Below are positions 39,875 to 51,453 of a DNA stretch of 64,000 nucleotides, piece after piece. Position 1 is the stretch's first letter. Each line of letters starts with the position of its first letter. The notes under the pieces are model-generated. The model made no database searches. It was not told the DNA's origin and saw only the letters and a list, made by a program, of their open reading frames with translations. Position numbers and translations under genes: made by a program. Source of the DNA: Planctomycetota bacterium (GTDB taxonomy: Bacteria > Planctomycetota > UBA8108 > SXIK01); contig CBDCXR010000004.1 of assembly GCA_965223845.1 (NCBI GenBank), forward strand, positions 544,001 through 608,000, given 5' to 3'.

Positions 39875-41573
39875 CGCCCGGATCCTTCTTGCTCGAGCGC
39901 CGCTTCTTCCTCGAAGACGTTCGCGACTTCTTTTCCTCGTCATCACTCTTGTCTTCGGTTGACGCCTTCGAGTCCGCCACCGCCGGCTCGCGCGGGCGGG
40001 TGTACTTCTTGAGGAACTTTGCGACGACCTGGTTGAAGAGCTCGGATTCTTCGGCGAACGGCATGCACGACGAATTCTTGAACGTGATCATCCGTGTGCC
40101 GTAGTACTTCGCGATCTGCTTGCAGTCCGGGAGGCTCGTATAGAGACTCGCCGCTCCGGCGAGGACGAGCGTCGGAATCCGCCGCTTGGGCGGTTTCTCT
40201 TTGAAGAGCGAGAAGTCCGGGATCGCGACGGACCCCAGCGGGCGGGACTTCTTCGGGTAGAGGACGTGGATCAGCCCGTCTTGCTCGTTTTTGAAGAAGA
40301 GGCTCCAGCTTCGCCGATCGATTGCCGGACCTTGGCCGTCCGGCTTCGGGATTTCCTTCGTCCGGTGGTATTCGTCGAGCGAGTTTTCGCCGTTCTCCGG
40401 ATTGAAGGTCCGCGTGAGGCCGAAATAGAACATCTCGAGGTCGTTCTTGTCTTGCCCCTTCGTCTTGAAGCGCTTCGTCGCCGCCCCGTATTCTCGGTTG
40501 CTCGAGATCGGTGCGACGAAGATGTTCGCCGCGACCGCGTTCGGAAACTTCTGCGCGTAACGCATCGCGATCCACGCGTTCATCCCGCAGGACATGATCG
40601 CGAAGTGCTCCTCTCCGGTCTTCTTCCGGAGCGACTCGAACGCGTCGAGAAGTTTGTCGACGGGGTAGTACGGGATTGTCGTCTTTCCGGCCGCCTTCAG
40701 CCCTTTGAAGGATTTGATCTCGGGAAGATCGATGTAATAGAGCTTGTGGTAGCGCTCGAGCTCCGAGAGGAACGGGATCATGATCTCCCGGCTGTAGCCG
40801 TAGGGCGGAAGAATCAAAATCGGGACACCCGCTCCGGAGCCTTTCTCGGCGGTCTGAAGCCGGACGCCGGAGAAAACGCGCGTGCTCGTCTTCAACTTCT
40901 TTCCGAGCCGTTCGGCCTCCCGGATCGCCTCTTCGTCCGTTCGGCCGAGCTTGAAGTCCTTGTCGCGCTTCGCCCGCCCCCACCACTGAGCCCACGCGAG
41001 CGGATCCGGACCCTGAAACGCCTTCGTGATCGCGTTCAGCGAGTGCTCGATGAACGTCCGGACGACCGGGTCTTCTTCGGTTTGGAAGAGCTCGACGAGT
41101 GCGTCGACGTTCTTCTTTCGGTTCCGCAGTCCGAGGCCGTGGACGACCATGCGCCGCACGGTCGGATCGGAATCCTTGAGGGCTTCGTAGAGCGCCCCGT
41201 AGGAGCGCTTGTCGTTCATCTGTGCGATGCCGACGGCCATGCCCTGGCGCACGAAGGGATTCTTGTGCTCCGTCAAGTACTCGACCATCTTGTCGACGAT
41301 CTTCTCGGAGCCGGCCTTCGCGAGCGCGTCGATCGCCGCCTGGCGGTCGTACCAACTCTTATCGGCGAGGATCTTGAGGATGAGCTTCAGCTGCTTCGAA
41401 TCCTCGGGATCGAGTCGCTTCCAAGTGTTGTGCCGAATGAGAGAATCAGGCGAGCGGTAGACCTGCAGCGCCTCGCGAAGTGAGACGGGCTCGCCTTGGG
41501 CGTCGAGTCCGGTGGGACGGAGAACGCCGAAGAGTAGCGCTCCCAGAAAGAGAATCGATCCTAGCCTGGTCAT
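39867..41573 (-). CDS. Secreted HEAT-repeat + alpha/beta-hydrolase-fold protein (degenerate active site)
   Basis: Signal peptide MTRLGSILFLG, HEAT repeats (ALKDSDPTVRR), W.QWW linker, then hydrolase fold (YIDLP, AMRYAQKFP, PTLVLAG, MPFAEE.ELFNQVV..FL). Confidence 0.75.
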   Translation of the reverse strand: MTRLGSILFLGALLFGVLRPTGLDAQGEPVSLREALQVYRSPDSLIRHNTWKRLDPEDSKQLKLILKILADKSWYDRQAAIDALAKAGSEKIVDKMVEYLTEHKNPFVRQGMAVGIAQMNDKRSYGALYEALKDSDPTVRRMVVHGLGLRNRKKNVDALVELFQTEEDPVVRTFIEHSLNAITKAFQGPDPLAWAQWWGRAKRDKDFKLGRTDEEAIREAERLGKKLKTSTRVFSGVRLQTAEKGSGAGVPILILPPYGYSREIMIPFLSELERYHKLYYIDLPEIKSFKGLKAAGKTTIPYYPVDKLLDAFESLRKKTGEEHFAIMSCGMNAWIAMRYAQKFPNAVAANIFVAPISSNREYGAATKRFKTKGQDKNDLEMFYFGLTRTFNPENGENSLDEYHRTKEIPKPDGQGPAIDRRSWSLFFKNEQDGLIHVLYPKKSRPLGSVAIPDFSLFKEKPPKRRIPTLVLAGAASLYTSLPDCKQIAKYYGTRMITFKNSSCMPFAEESELFNQVVAKFLKKYTRPREPAVADSKASTEDKSDDEEKKSRTSSRKKRRSSKKDPGDD

Positions 41574-41734
41574 GGGCTCGTCCTGACGCGGATGCGGCGA
41601 ACGCGGCGAGACGGTCGGCCGAGGTGGAGGCGCTCGCCGCGTGAGAGAGGGCACGGATGGAGCTGCCATCTTAACAGCCGCGGCCGGGGCGGCGCACCAA
41701 AACAGCGTGCGAAACGCGCGAGCGGAAGTGCCGA

Positions 41735-42889
41735 TCAGCGCGGGCCGCGAACCTCGAGGCGATCGGACGAGTCGAGATTCGCGCGCAGCACGGAGCGTCC
41801 CGCGATCGTCACGTCGAGCTCGGCGTCGGTGGCGACGCCCGTCGCGATGACGTCGCCCGGTCGCAGCGCGGCGATGTCTTCGAGCGCGATCGACACCGGC
41901 GGGAGCAAAGCGGCGACGTCGACGGTCGTCTTTGCGAGGCGTTCGAAGGTGGCGTCGCGCGCGGGCGCTTCCGCCTCGATCGATGGCCCGCGCGCGAGCT
42001 CGGCGAGCAGGCCCGCGAAGCGCTTCGTCGGGAAGCAGAGCTGGATGGCGCCCTGATCCGGACCGACGGCGGCGTGAAGCGAGACAACGACTGCCGGCTC
42101 GGTCGAGTCGAAGCCGCGCAGTTGGAGCGGGTTGTGCTCCGTACGGCCGAGCTCGAACGCGGCCTCCGGAACGACCTCGCGCCACAGTTCGGTGAGCGCA
42201 TCGAAGACGCGCCGGGTCACCTTCGCCGCCAGGGCGCGTTCGAGCTCCGTGAGCGGTCGAATCGGATACGCCGCATCGCCCGCTTCCCCACCGAGGATTC
42301 CGTGGATCAGCGGGAAGAGGATCGCCGGAGTGACCTCGGCGATGAGCGGCAGTCGCCCCGCGGACGTGTGGGCGATCTGAAGGTATGTCGGCGTGCGGAG
42401 CGGGCGAATGAAATCGAAGTAGGTGCACTGGCGAAGCGCGGTGAACTCGACCGCGACGGGGGTGCCCACCCAGATCGACAGATTTCGCGTGGCGACCTCC
42501 GCGAGCGCTTGGTGCCGTTTCGCGAGCGACTTGATCTGGTCATCGCTGAGGAGGAGGGGAGAGCGGAAGTCGAAGCGCTTCGGTGGCTGGCTGCGCGCGC
42601 TTCGCTCCGCCGGCGCATCGCGGTCCGTTCGGGCGCGGCGTTCACGGATCGCCGACAGCTTCGCCGCGAGTGCCCGCGAGGGCGCGTCGAGCCTCGCACT
42701 GGAGGACGCTCCGATGCGTGAGATCGCGCCCGGCGTGGCCGGCGGCGGACTCGTGCGGTCCTCGCTGCTCGGGGCTTCGCTCGGGTCGGGTTTCTGCGTG
42801 CGATCGCCAGTCGACTCCGCTCTGCCCGGGGTCTCTTCCTTCTTCACCGAAAACCTCTTCACGTTCGCTCGATCGGTTGAGAGGTTCAC
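41735..42889 (-). CDS. FliM-like flagellar motor switch protein
   Basis: FDFRSP, TY.DFI..L..PT, LGG, RPLTELE, EHNP, IQLCFP, C-terminal SpoA-like L.PGDVI. Confidence 0.75.
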   Translation of the reverse strand: MNLSTDRANVKRFSVKKEETPGRAESTGDRTQKPDPSEAPSSEDRTSPPPATPGAISRIGASSSARLDAPSRALAAKLSAIRERRARTDRDAPAERSARSQPPKRFDFRSPLLLSDDQIKSLAKRHQALAEVATRNLSIWVGTPVAVEFTALRQCTYFDFIRPLRTPTYLQIAHTSAGRLPLIAEVTPAILFPLIHGILGGEAGDAAYPIRPLTELERALAAKVTRRVFDALTELWREVVPEAAFELGRTEHNPLQLRGFDSTEPAVVVSLHAAVGPDQGAIQLCFPTKRFAGLLAELARGPSIEAEAPARDATFERLAKTTVDVAALLPPVSIALEDIAALRPGDVIATGVATDAELDVTIAGRSVLRANLDSSDRLEVRGPR

Positions 42890-42934
42890 GGACGCCGCCG
42901 CCCTCGTGTGAACCCGCCTGGTCGAACTCTTCGG

Positions 42935-44522
<1,588 letters not shown>

Positions 44523-45047
44523 TCAATCTCGGTTGTGGTATCCAGCGTCTGTCGTGGGCGGCGTTCGACTGGCTCTCGGTCGTCGCTTTTCGCTCGGCCG
44601 GCGTTCTGACTTCGCTCCGATCGGCGCTTCGACGTCCGGGCTCGGTTCCGGTCTGCGAAGGCTCGCCGCGTGACGATCGCGGGGGCGCCGGTCGAAAGTC
44701 GACTCGAGGACGTCGCGCCGAACTGGCCCGACGGATCGAGCGGCCGCTCGCGGAAATCGATCGGGCCGTTCCGGGCTGCGAGCTCTCGCCGCGAGAGGCG
44801 TCCGGCGCACTCCCGACTCGACGAAGCGAAATCCATCGCGACTCGACCCGAGACGACCTCGCTACCGACACCCCCGGGCACCGGGGCTCAGCGTGCTCCG
44901 CGCCGACCGTTCAGTCTGCGCGTCCGACTGCGGCGACCCCTCGGGGCCGGTCCGCGCGGGCGCGAATTTGCTCCTCTTCACGACTCTCGGCTTGTACGAA
45001 AGCCAGCGACCTCTGTCAACACAAATCGAGTCTGCGAGGGACTTTCT

Positions 45048-45794
45048 GTGAATTTGACCGCTGCCGAACCCGTCGCGCCCCACCCTGCGGACCTCACGGC
45101 GATCGACCGTCCATATCTCGTCCCCTGGGGAGCGCGCGAGATCTTCATCTCGGTCCTCATCTCGCTGTCTGCGGTCGCGTTCTTCGGGTATCGCGCAGCG
45201 ACCGGCGCGTGGCTGTGGTGGGTTCCGCTCGGGGTCGTTCTCGCGGTCACCGCCGCGGCGATTCTCTTCTTTCGCAATCCGAGGCGAATCGTTCCCTCGG
45301 GCGACGGCACGCTCGTGGCGCCGGCCGACGGGACCATCTGGGATGTCTCCGTGGATCCTGCGCCGGAGTTCGTCGGCGAGCCCTGCCTCCGCATCGGAAT
45401 CTTCCTCTCGATCTTCAACGTCCACGTGAATCGCGCCCCGTGCGCGGCCGAGGTCGCGTATCTCCGCTACCGGCCGGGCGCGTTCCACGATGCGCGTTCG
45501 CAGCTCGCTGCGGTCGAGAACGAGTCGCATTCGATCGGCTTCGTGGGGGCCGGCGACGGCTTCGAGGGCGAGCGCCTGCTCGTCAAACAGATCTCCGGTG
45601 CGGTCGCACGGCGCATCCTCTGTCCGCTCCGGCCCGCGGCGTCCGTTGCGCGGGGCGGGCTCGTCGGTATGATCAAGTACGGATCGAGGACCGAGCTCTA
45701 CGTCCCCGAGCGCCTCGCTCCAGAGGTCCGAGTTCGCGTTGGGCAGTCCGTCACCGGCGGCGAGACGATCCTCGTGGCGCTCCGCTCGACTTAG
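45048..45794 (+). CDS. psd: Phosphatidylserine decarboxylase proenzyme
   Basis: FFRNPRR, APADG, IFLSIFNVHVNRAP, ENE, GMIKYGSRT cleavage site. Start approximate. Confidence 0.93.
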   Translation: MNLTAAEPVAPHPADLTAIDRPYLVPWGAREIFISVLISLSAVAFFGYRAATGAWLWWVPLGVVLAVTAAAILFFRNPRRIVPSGDGTLVAPADGTIWDVSVDPAPEFVGEPCLRIGIFLSIFNVHVNRAPCAAEVAYLRYRPGAFHDARSQLAAVENESHSIGFVGAGDGFEGERLLVKQISGAVARRILCPLRPAASVARGGLVGMIKYGSRTELYVPERLAPEVRVRVGQSVTGGETILVALRST

Positions 45795-45931
45795 TTCGAG
45801 GTCGGCGGCCCGGTAGCGGGGCACCGGCCTTGTCTCGCCACCTCCTGCGCCGGACTCGTCACCGACGATCCTCGCGACCTCGCACTCGCTGAAGAATCGC
45901 CCAACTCGAACCTAGCGCGCGGAACCTCGCG

Positions 45932-46810
45932 ATGGAAGTCAATCGCAGCATCCTCCTCCCGAGTCTCCTCACGATCGGGAACGGTGTGTGCGGATTCCTC
46001 GCCATCGTGTGCCTCGCGCAGGTGCAGTCGACGCCCGAAGAGGGGCTCGCGCTCGCGTCGATCTCGAAGGTCGCGCAGGCCGCGTGGCTCATCTTCCTCG
46101 GGATGGTATTCGACGTGTTCGACGGGCGCGTCGCGCGAGCTTCCGGCGGTGGCAGCGCGCTCGGCGCGCAGCTCGATTCGCTCTGCGACCTCATCACCTT
46201 CGGCGTCGCGCCCGCGTTCATGATCCTCGCTCTCAACGTCGGGCTGCCGAATCCGGCGTGGCAGAAGGTCGTGATGATCTTCTCCATTGCGTACTTCGTC
46301 GGAGCGCTGCTGCGACTCGCGCGCTTCACCGTAGAGAACTCGCCGGACGAGAGCGCGCACCTCGCGTTCAAAGGGCTTCCGACCCCTGGCGCTGCGGGCT
46401 GCGTCGCCTCGCTCGTGATTTTTTACTGCTACGTCGTCGAGTTCCGTCAGCCCGAGCTTCAGTGGGTGTCGACATACATCGAGCCGAACACGCTGAGGAA
46501 CGCGGTGTCGGTCGTTCCGTACGCGCTGCCTCTCGTCGGACTCGTGCTCGGTTTCGCCATGGTGTCCAATCGACTCATCTTCGAGCACGCCGGGAGCTGG
46601 ATCTTCAGTCGAAAGCACAGCTTCGACGGTATCGCGTACATCGTGTTCGGCGCCGTGCTCGCCGCGGTCGTCCCCGAGATGGTGCTCCCGATCGTGTTCG
46701 TCGGGTACGTCGTCTACACGCCGATCGCGTACCTCGTTCGCGCGATCACGCGAAAGGGGCGCGGCGCGAGCGCGGAAGCGCCGGACGACGGCACCCAGGC
46801 CGGGGCCTGA
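45932..46810 (+). CDS. pssA: CDP-diacylglycerol-serine O-phosphatidyltransferase
   Basis: LPSLLTIGN, DVFDGRVAR...G..LDSLCD, LRLARF, FKGLPTP. Confidence 0.92.
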   Translation: MEVNRSILLPSLLTIGNGVCGFLAIVCLAQVQSTPEEGLALASISKVAQAAWLIFLGMVFDVFDGRVARASGGGSALGAQLDSLCDLITFGVAPAFMILALNVGLPNPAWQKVVMIFSIAYFVGALLRLARFTVENSPDESAHLAFKGLPTPGAAGCVASLVIFYCYVVEFRQPELQWVSTYIEPNTLRNAVSVVPYALPLVGLVLGFAMVSNRLIFEHAGSWIFSRKHSFDGIAYIVFGAVLAAVVPEMVLPIVFVGYVVYTPIAYLVRAITRKGRGASAEAPDDGTQAGA

Positions 46811-46819
46811 ATCGGGGCG

Positions 46820-47335
46820 ATGGCGAGACAAGACTCGAGCAGCGCCACTCGCTGGGAACGGGACGTCTCGGCGATCATCGGTCTCGGCGCGAACCTGGGT
46901 CCGCGTGAACTTACGATTGCGCGTGCCCTCGAGGGGCTCGCGGCGGAGCCCGGAGTGCGCCTCGAGCGGGTCTCGCGTGTCATCGAGACCGATCCCGTAG
47001 GCGGGCCGCCCCAGCCGCGCTATCGAAACGGAATCGCCGAAGTGAGGACACGCCTCTCCGCCGCGGCGCTCCTCGCGGCGCTCCAGCGGATCGAGGATCG
47101 GCTCGGACGCGAGCGCGAACTGCCGAACGGTCCGCGGACGATGGATCTCGATCTCCTTCTTTACGGCGATGAAGTGATCTCCGAAGAGGGGCTCGAGGTT
47201 CCGCACCCGCGGATGCTCGAGCGAGAGTTCGTCCTCGAACCGCTCGCCGAGTGTCTTCCCGAGCGGGTGCATCCGGTCTCCGGCCGGACGATCCGCGCGC
47301 ACTGGGACGCGTTCCCGGCGGAGCGACGGCACTGA
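46820..47335 (+). CDS. folK: HPPK (6-hydroxymethyl-7,8-dihydropterin pyrophosphokinase)
   Basis: IGLGANLG, GPRTMDLDLL, PHPRMLEREFVL.PL. Confidence 0.95.
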   Translation: MARQDSSSATRWERDVSAIIGLGANLGPRELTIARALEGLAAEPGVRLERVSRVIETDPVGGPPQPRYRNGIAEVRTRLSAAALLAALQRIEDRLGRERELPNGPRTMDLDLLLYGDEVISEEGLEVPHPRMLEREFVLEPLAECLPERVHPVSGRTIRAHWDAFPAERRH

Positions 47336-47343
47336 GGGACGCG

Positions 47344-48252
47344 ATGCGAGTCGTTCGCGACATCGAAGAGTTCTCGACGTGGTGCGGCCGCTACGCGGCG
47401 GCGGGTCTCTCGGTCGGCTTCGTACCGACGATGGGCGCGCTTCACGAGGGGCATTTGTCTCTCCTCCGTCGCTCGGTTGCGGAGTGCGAACGTACGGTGG
47501 TCAGTGTCTTCGTGAATCCGACTCAGTTCGGCCCCGGAGAGGATCTCGACTCCTACCCGCGGCGGCCGGCGGAGGACGAAGAGGCTTGCCGCGAGCAGGG
47601 GGCGTCGCTCGTCTACTTCGGGTCGCCGAGCGACATGTATCCGGCCGGGTTTCAGACTTGGGTCGAGGTTGAGTCACTCACGCGTTCCCTTTGCGGAATC
47701 GATCGCCCGCACCATTTTCGCGGCGTGACGACCGTCGTCGCGCAGCTCTTTCTTCTCGCGCGTCCCGATCGTGCGTACTTCGGCCAGAAGGACTTTCAGC
47801 AGGCGCGGGTCATTCAGCGGATGGCGATCGACCTCCACATGTCGACCGACGTTCGCATCTGTCCGACTGTACGCGAGCGCGACGGCCTCGCGTTGAGCTC
47901 CCGAAACGCGTACCTCGACGCGCCCGCGCGCACCGTCGCCCTCCGCCTGAGTCGCGCGCTCTTCGCCGCACGCGAACGGATCGAATCGGGCGAACGGAAC
48001 GCAGAGCTCGTCCGGCAATTCATGCGAACGATTCTTCGTCCCGGCGACGGCCTCGAGCTCGACTACCTCGAGATCCGCTCGGCCGACGATCTCTCTCCGA
48101 TCGGAGAGCAGATCGATCTCACCGAAGCGATCTCACCTCAGGCGGGGCTCGTCATCGCGGTCGCCGCGCGGGTGGGCGGCGTTCGCCTCATCGACAATGT
48201 GCTCGTCGGATGCGGGCGGGGGACTCTCGGGGGCGCGTCCGCGCAGGAGTAG
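47344..48252 (+). CDS. panC: Pantoate-beta-alanine ligase
   Basis: FVPTMGALHEGH, SVFVNPTQF, RPHHFRGV, FGQKD, DGLALSSRN, RLIDN. Confidence 0.97.
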   Translation: MRVVRDIEEFSTWCGRYAAAGLSVGFVPTMGALHEGHLSLLRRSVAECERTVVSVFVNPTQFGPGEDLDSYPRRPAEDEEACREQGASLVYFGSPSDMYPAGFQTWVEVESLTRSLCGIDRPHHFRGVTTVVAQLFLLARPDRAYFGQKDFQQARVIQRMAIDLHMSTDVRICPTVRERDGLALSSRNAYLDAPARTVALRLSRALFAARERIESGERNAELVRQFMRTILRPGDGLELDYLEIRSADDLSPIGEQIDLTEAISPQAGLVIAVAARVGGVRLIDNVLVGCGRGTLGGASAQE

Positions 48253-48258
48253 AGGGCG

Positions 48259-49212
48259 ATGCGATTCGAAGTCTCCGGCGATACGCTCTGCGTTCACGCG
48301 CCCGCCAAGATCAACCTCCACCTCGAGGTGGGACCACCTCGCTCGGACGGGTTCCACGACATCGACAGCCTCTTCCTCTCGGTATCGCTCTTCGATCGCA
48401 TCGAGTTCGCGCCCGGGCCGGACGGAGAGATCGCACTCGAGTGTGCGGGGATGCCGGCGAACGAGGAGAACCTCGTCTGGCGGGCGGCGACTCTTCTCCG
48501 CTCGGTCGGTGCGGGCGGCGGCGCGGCTCGGGGCGGCCCGTCGCGAGGAGCGCGGATCCGCCTCGAGAAGACGATCCCCGCGGGCGCCGGGCTCGGGGGC
48601 GGCTCGAGCGATGCCGCGGCGACCCTTCTCGCGCTCGACCAGCTGTGGAACCTCGAGCTCGGAGCGACTCGGCTCGCGCCGCTCGCGGCCGAGCTCGGGA
48701 GCGACGTGCCGTACTTCCTCTCGGGCGGACTCGCTCGCTGCCGCGGGCGCGGCGAGGACGTCCGGGCGTGGGGCGGTCCGGCCGCGGTCGCATCACCTGC
48801 GTTCACTCTCGCGTGTCCCCGACTAAGCGTCGACACGAAAGAGGCTTACGGTGATCTCGACCGTTCTCGCGACCCTAACTTCAACTTGACCCTCGGAAGC
48901 GTGCTCGATAGGCTCGAGTCGCCTCCTTTCGAGAGCGTCGCCTCACCGGATGCACCCGCGCGCTCGCTCTTTAATCATTTCGAGTCGGTGGTGTACGCGC
49001 GTAAGCCGGAGCTCGCGGAGCTTCACGCGCGCCTCTCGCGCCACGACATCCGCCCGGAGCGAGTTTTCCTCACCGGCACGGGGTCCACGGTCGTGGCGGC
49101 CTTTCGATCGGAAGGCGAAGCGAATCGTTGTGCGGCGGCGATCGAGGCGGAGCGGGGGGACTCGCTGCGAGCGTATTCGGTCGTCGGATTGCCGGCCTGG
49201 CACGCCGACTGA
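48259..49212 (+). CDS. ispE: 4-diphosphocytidyl-2-C-methyl-D-erythritol kinase
   Basis: APAKINL, IPAGAGLGGGSSDAA, LGSDVP, TGTGST. Confidence 0.95.
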   Translation: MRFEVSGDTLCVHAPAKINLHLEVGPPRSDGFHDIDSLFLSVSLFDRIEFAPGPDGEIALECAGMPANEENLVWRAATLLRSVGAGGGAARGGPSRGARIRLEKTIPAGAGLGGGSSDAAATLLALDQLWNLELGATRLAPLAAELGSDVPYFLSGGLARCRGRGEDVRAWGGPAAVASPAFTLACPRLSVDTKEAYGDLDRSRDPNFNLTLGSVLDRLESPPFESVASPDAPARSLFNHFESVVYARKPELAELHARLSRHDIRPERVFLTGTGSTVVAAFRSEGEANRCAAAIEAERGDSLRAYSVVGLPAWHAD

Positions 49213-49743
49213 GCCGGGGCGGGTCGCTCCGGCGTCGGCGCGAAGCCGCCGCGGCGTTCGCGCGGAGGCGAGCTCCGGATCGCGGCTCGCGGTCGCTCGC
49301 AGCGGCCGCGGCGCTCGTTCCGTGCTCCGCTTCTGCGCGGCGCGTCCGCGCGCGAGCGCCGCGTTATCGGTCTCGAATCGAATCCCGTCGACCTTTCCAC
49401 TCGCGCCGAGCGCGAGATAGAATACCCGCATCGTTTCGGTGGAATGCCCGTAGGTGGACCGCTCCTGGTCGCAGACGAGAGCTGCGTGCCGTCGTGGTCG
49501 AGCCAGGATTTCCCACCAGATTCTACTCCGCTACCCCAAGTCGCGAACTCGAGCATCGGATGCGCTGCCACTCTGATCCTCGCTGTGCCGAGCGCACAGC
49601 TCCGGTCAGCGCGGCGTCGCCTCCTTGTCAGTTCCCGGCCTACGGCGATTCGCCGCGGCGCTCACCGAATCGGGCGAGCGATCCGGGCTCAGTCGCCGGG
49701 TGGTCTGGTCGCAGCAACCGGCGGACAACAAGGAGCGACTCCA

Positions 49744-50919
49744 GTGCGAATCACCGAGGTCCGGATCAAGCTGACGTCCGGTAGAAACGAGAAGCTGAGG
49801 GCGTTTTGCAGCATCACCATCGACGACGATTTCGTCATTCGCGACTTGAAGATCATCGAGGGCACCAAAGGCGCGTTTGTGGCGATGCCGAGTCGGAAGC
49901 TGATGGCTCGGTGCCATCGGTGCAGCGGGAAGAACCACCACCGCGCGCGGTTCTGTAACGAGTGCGGCGTTCGCATCGAGCCAGATCGCGTCGAGCTCGA
50001 CGGGAAGCGAAAGCTCCACGCGGACATCGCGCACCCGATCAACTCCGAATGCCGTGAGCGCATTCAGCAGGAGGTCCTCGAGCACTACCAGATCGAGCAG
50101 GAGAAGTCGAAGCAGCCGGACTACGAGCCCGTCGACATCGACGAGGGCTTCGAGGACGAGATCTACGACGAGTTCGAAGCCGACGACGGCGGAAACGAGT
50201 GGACGACTTCGACCCGCCGCTCCGAATTCGCTGCTGACGACGAGGAGGAGCGCGCGGGCGACGATTCTCCCACCGACTCGGCGCTCGAGGATAGCGAGTG
50301 GGCGGAGCGCGACGCGGCCTCCGGCTCGCGGTCTTCGTTCCGTGAAGGCTCCGGTCGTCGTGACTCACGTGGGTCACGCGGTCCCGATTCGCGCGGAGAA
50401 GAGGGCAATGAGCGAAGGCGGTCGCGCGAGCCGTTCGCGCGGTCGGCGCGCCAGCGCGGACCGCGTGGCGGGCGTCGGCCTGGCCCGCGTCCACCGCGGC
50501 GCGCGCCGACCGGCGACCCCGATGGCCAGCGCGCCGATTCCCGCGGCGAACCTACACGCGACGGGGGCCACCGCCGCGACGGCGGACGTCCGTCGCGGCA
50601 ACTCTACGACGACCGTCGCGGAGACCGCCGTTCGGGAAGCGGTCAAGCGGGCGCCGGGCGATCGAGCGAGAGAGCACGAGCTGACGGCGGTCGGCGAGGG
50701 CAAGATTCGACCAGTGCTCCGCGCCGTTCGTCGCTCGAGGTGCCGTTCGATTCGGGGAAGCGTGAGCGCCGGTCGCCGCCGTCGGAATCCGCATCGCGCG
50801 ACCGCTGGTCAGAGCGGCCGCCGCCCGCCGAAAGTTCGGCGAGTCCGGCGCGCGCGCGGCGTGACGACGAGCTCGACACGGAGCCGGAGGATAACTTCGG
50901 CGCGGGTCTCTTCCAGTAA
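49744..50919 (+). CDS. spoVG: SpoVG family protein with Zn-ribbon insert and long disordered C-tail
   Basis: AAGGAG RBS, ITEVRI, LRAFCSIT.DD.FVIRDLKII.G..G.FVAMPSRK, CHRC...CNEC, DIAHPIN. Confidence 0.9.
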   Translation: MRITEVRIKLTSGRNEKLRAFCSITIDDDFVIRDLKIIEGTKGAFVAMPSRKLMARCHRCSGKNHHRARFCNECGVRIEPDRVELDGKRKLHADIAHPINSECRERIQQEVLEHYQIEQEKSKQPDYEPVDIDEGFEDEIYDEFEADDGGNEWTTSTRRSEFAADDEEERAGDDSPTDSALEDSEWAERDAASGSRSSFREGSGRRDSRGSRGPDSRGEEGNERRRSREPFARSARQRGPRGGRRPGPRPPRRAPTGDPDGQRADSRGEPTRDGGHRRDGGRPSRQLYDDRRGDRRSGSGQAGAGRSSERARADGGRRGQDSTSAPRRSSLEVPFDSGKRERRSPPSESASRDRWSERPPPAESSASPARARRDDELDTEPEDNFGAGLFQ

Positions 50920-51453
50920 GCGGAACGGGCGCTCGAGTGCCGTAAACGGGCTTCTTGCCCACGGTGTGTTCGTAGGCATCCGCTTCGCTCGCGTTCGCTC
51001 GACACTGGAACGGCGCAGGGATATACTTCGGTGTCTCTCGAGAGTCTGCGCAGGAAGTGCATCGGAACGATATCGGTCTTTGCGGGCGATCGCCCGCGCC
51101 GATGAGTCGGGGAGTCGTCGGACTCGCGCCGTACGAGTTCGCGAATCTCGCCTCTCAACCGGCCTCGCAACACGGTCGGTCTCGTTGGCTGGAGTGTTTC
51201 TGCGAAGACTCGTGACGCGCTCCCGCGCGCGTTTTTCGGACGATTGGGCATCTGCGCCGCGTCGGCGGCGCTCGGGACGAACCGGCCCGCTCGTCGACGA
51301 GCGCTCTCGGAGCTCGGGGGGGACGGCGGCGAGCTCTCCGCCGCCGGTGAGTCGAAACGCGCTCCGCCGACTCCGTTCTCTATCCTCGGGCGGTGCACCG
51401 CCCGTTGTACCTTCTTCCTCCGCCCGTTCGAACGCGAGGCCAGCGACCGGACG

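Noticed and set aside
49213-49743. tRNA-Gln often found after ispE
   Set aside because: No cloverleaf or T-loop GTTCGA motif with a matching acceptor stem was found.
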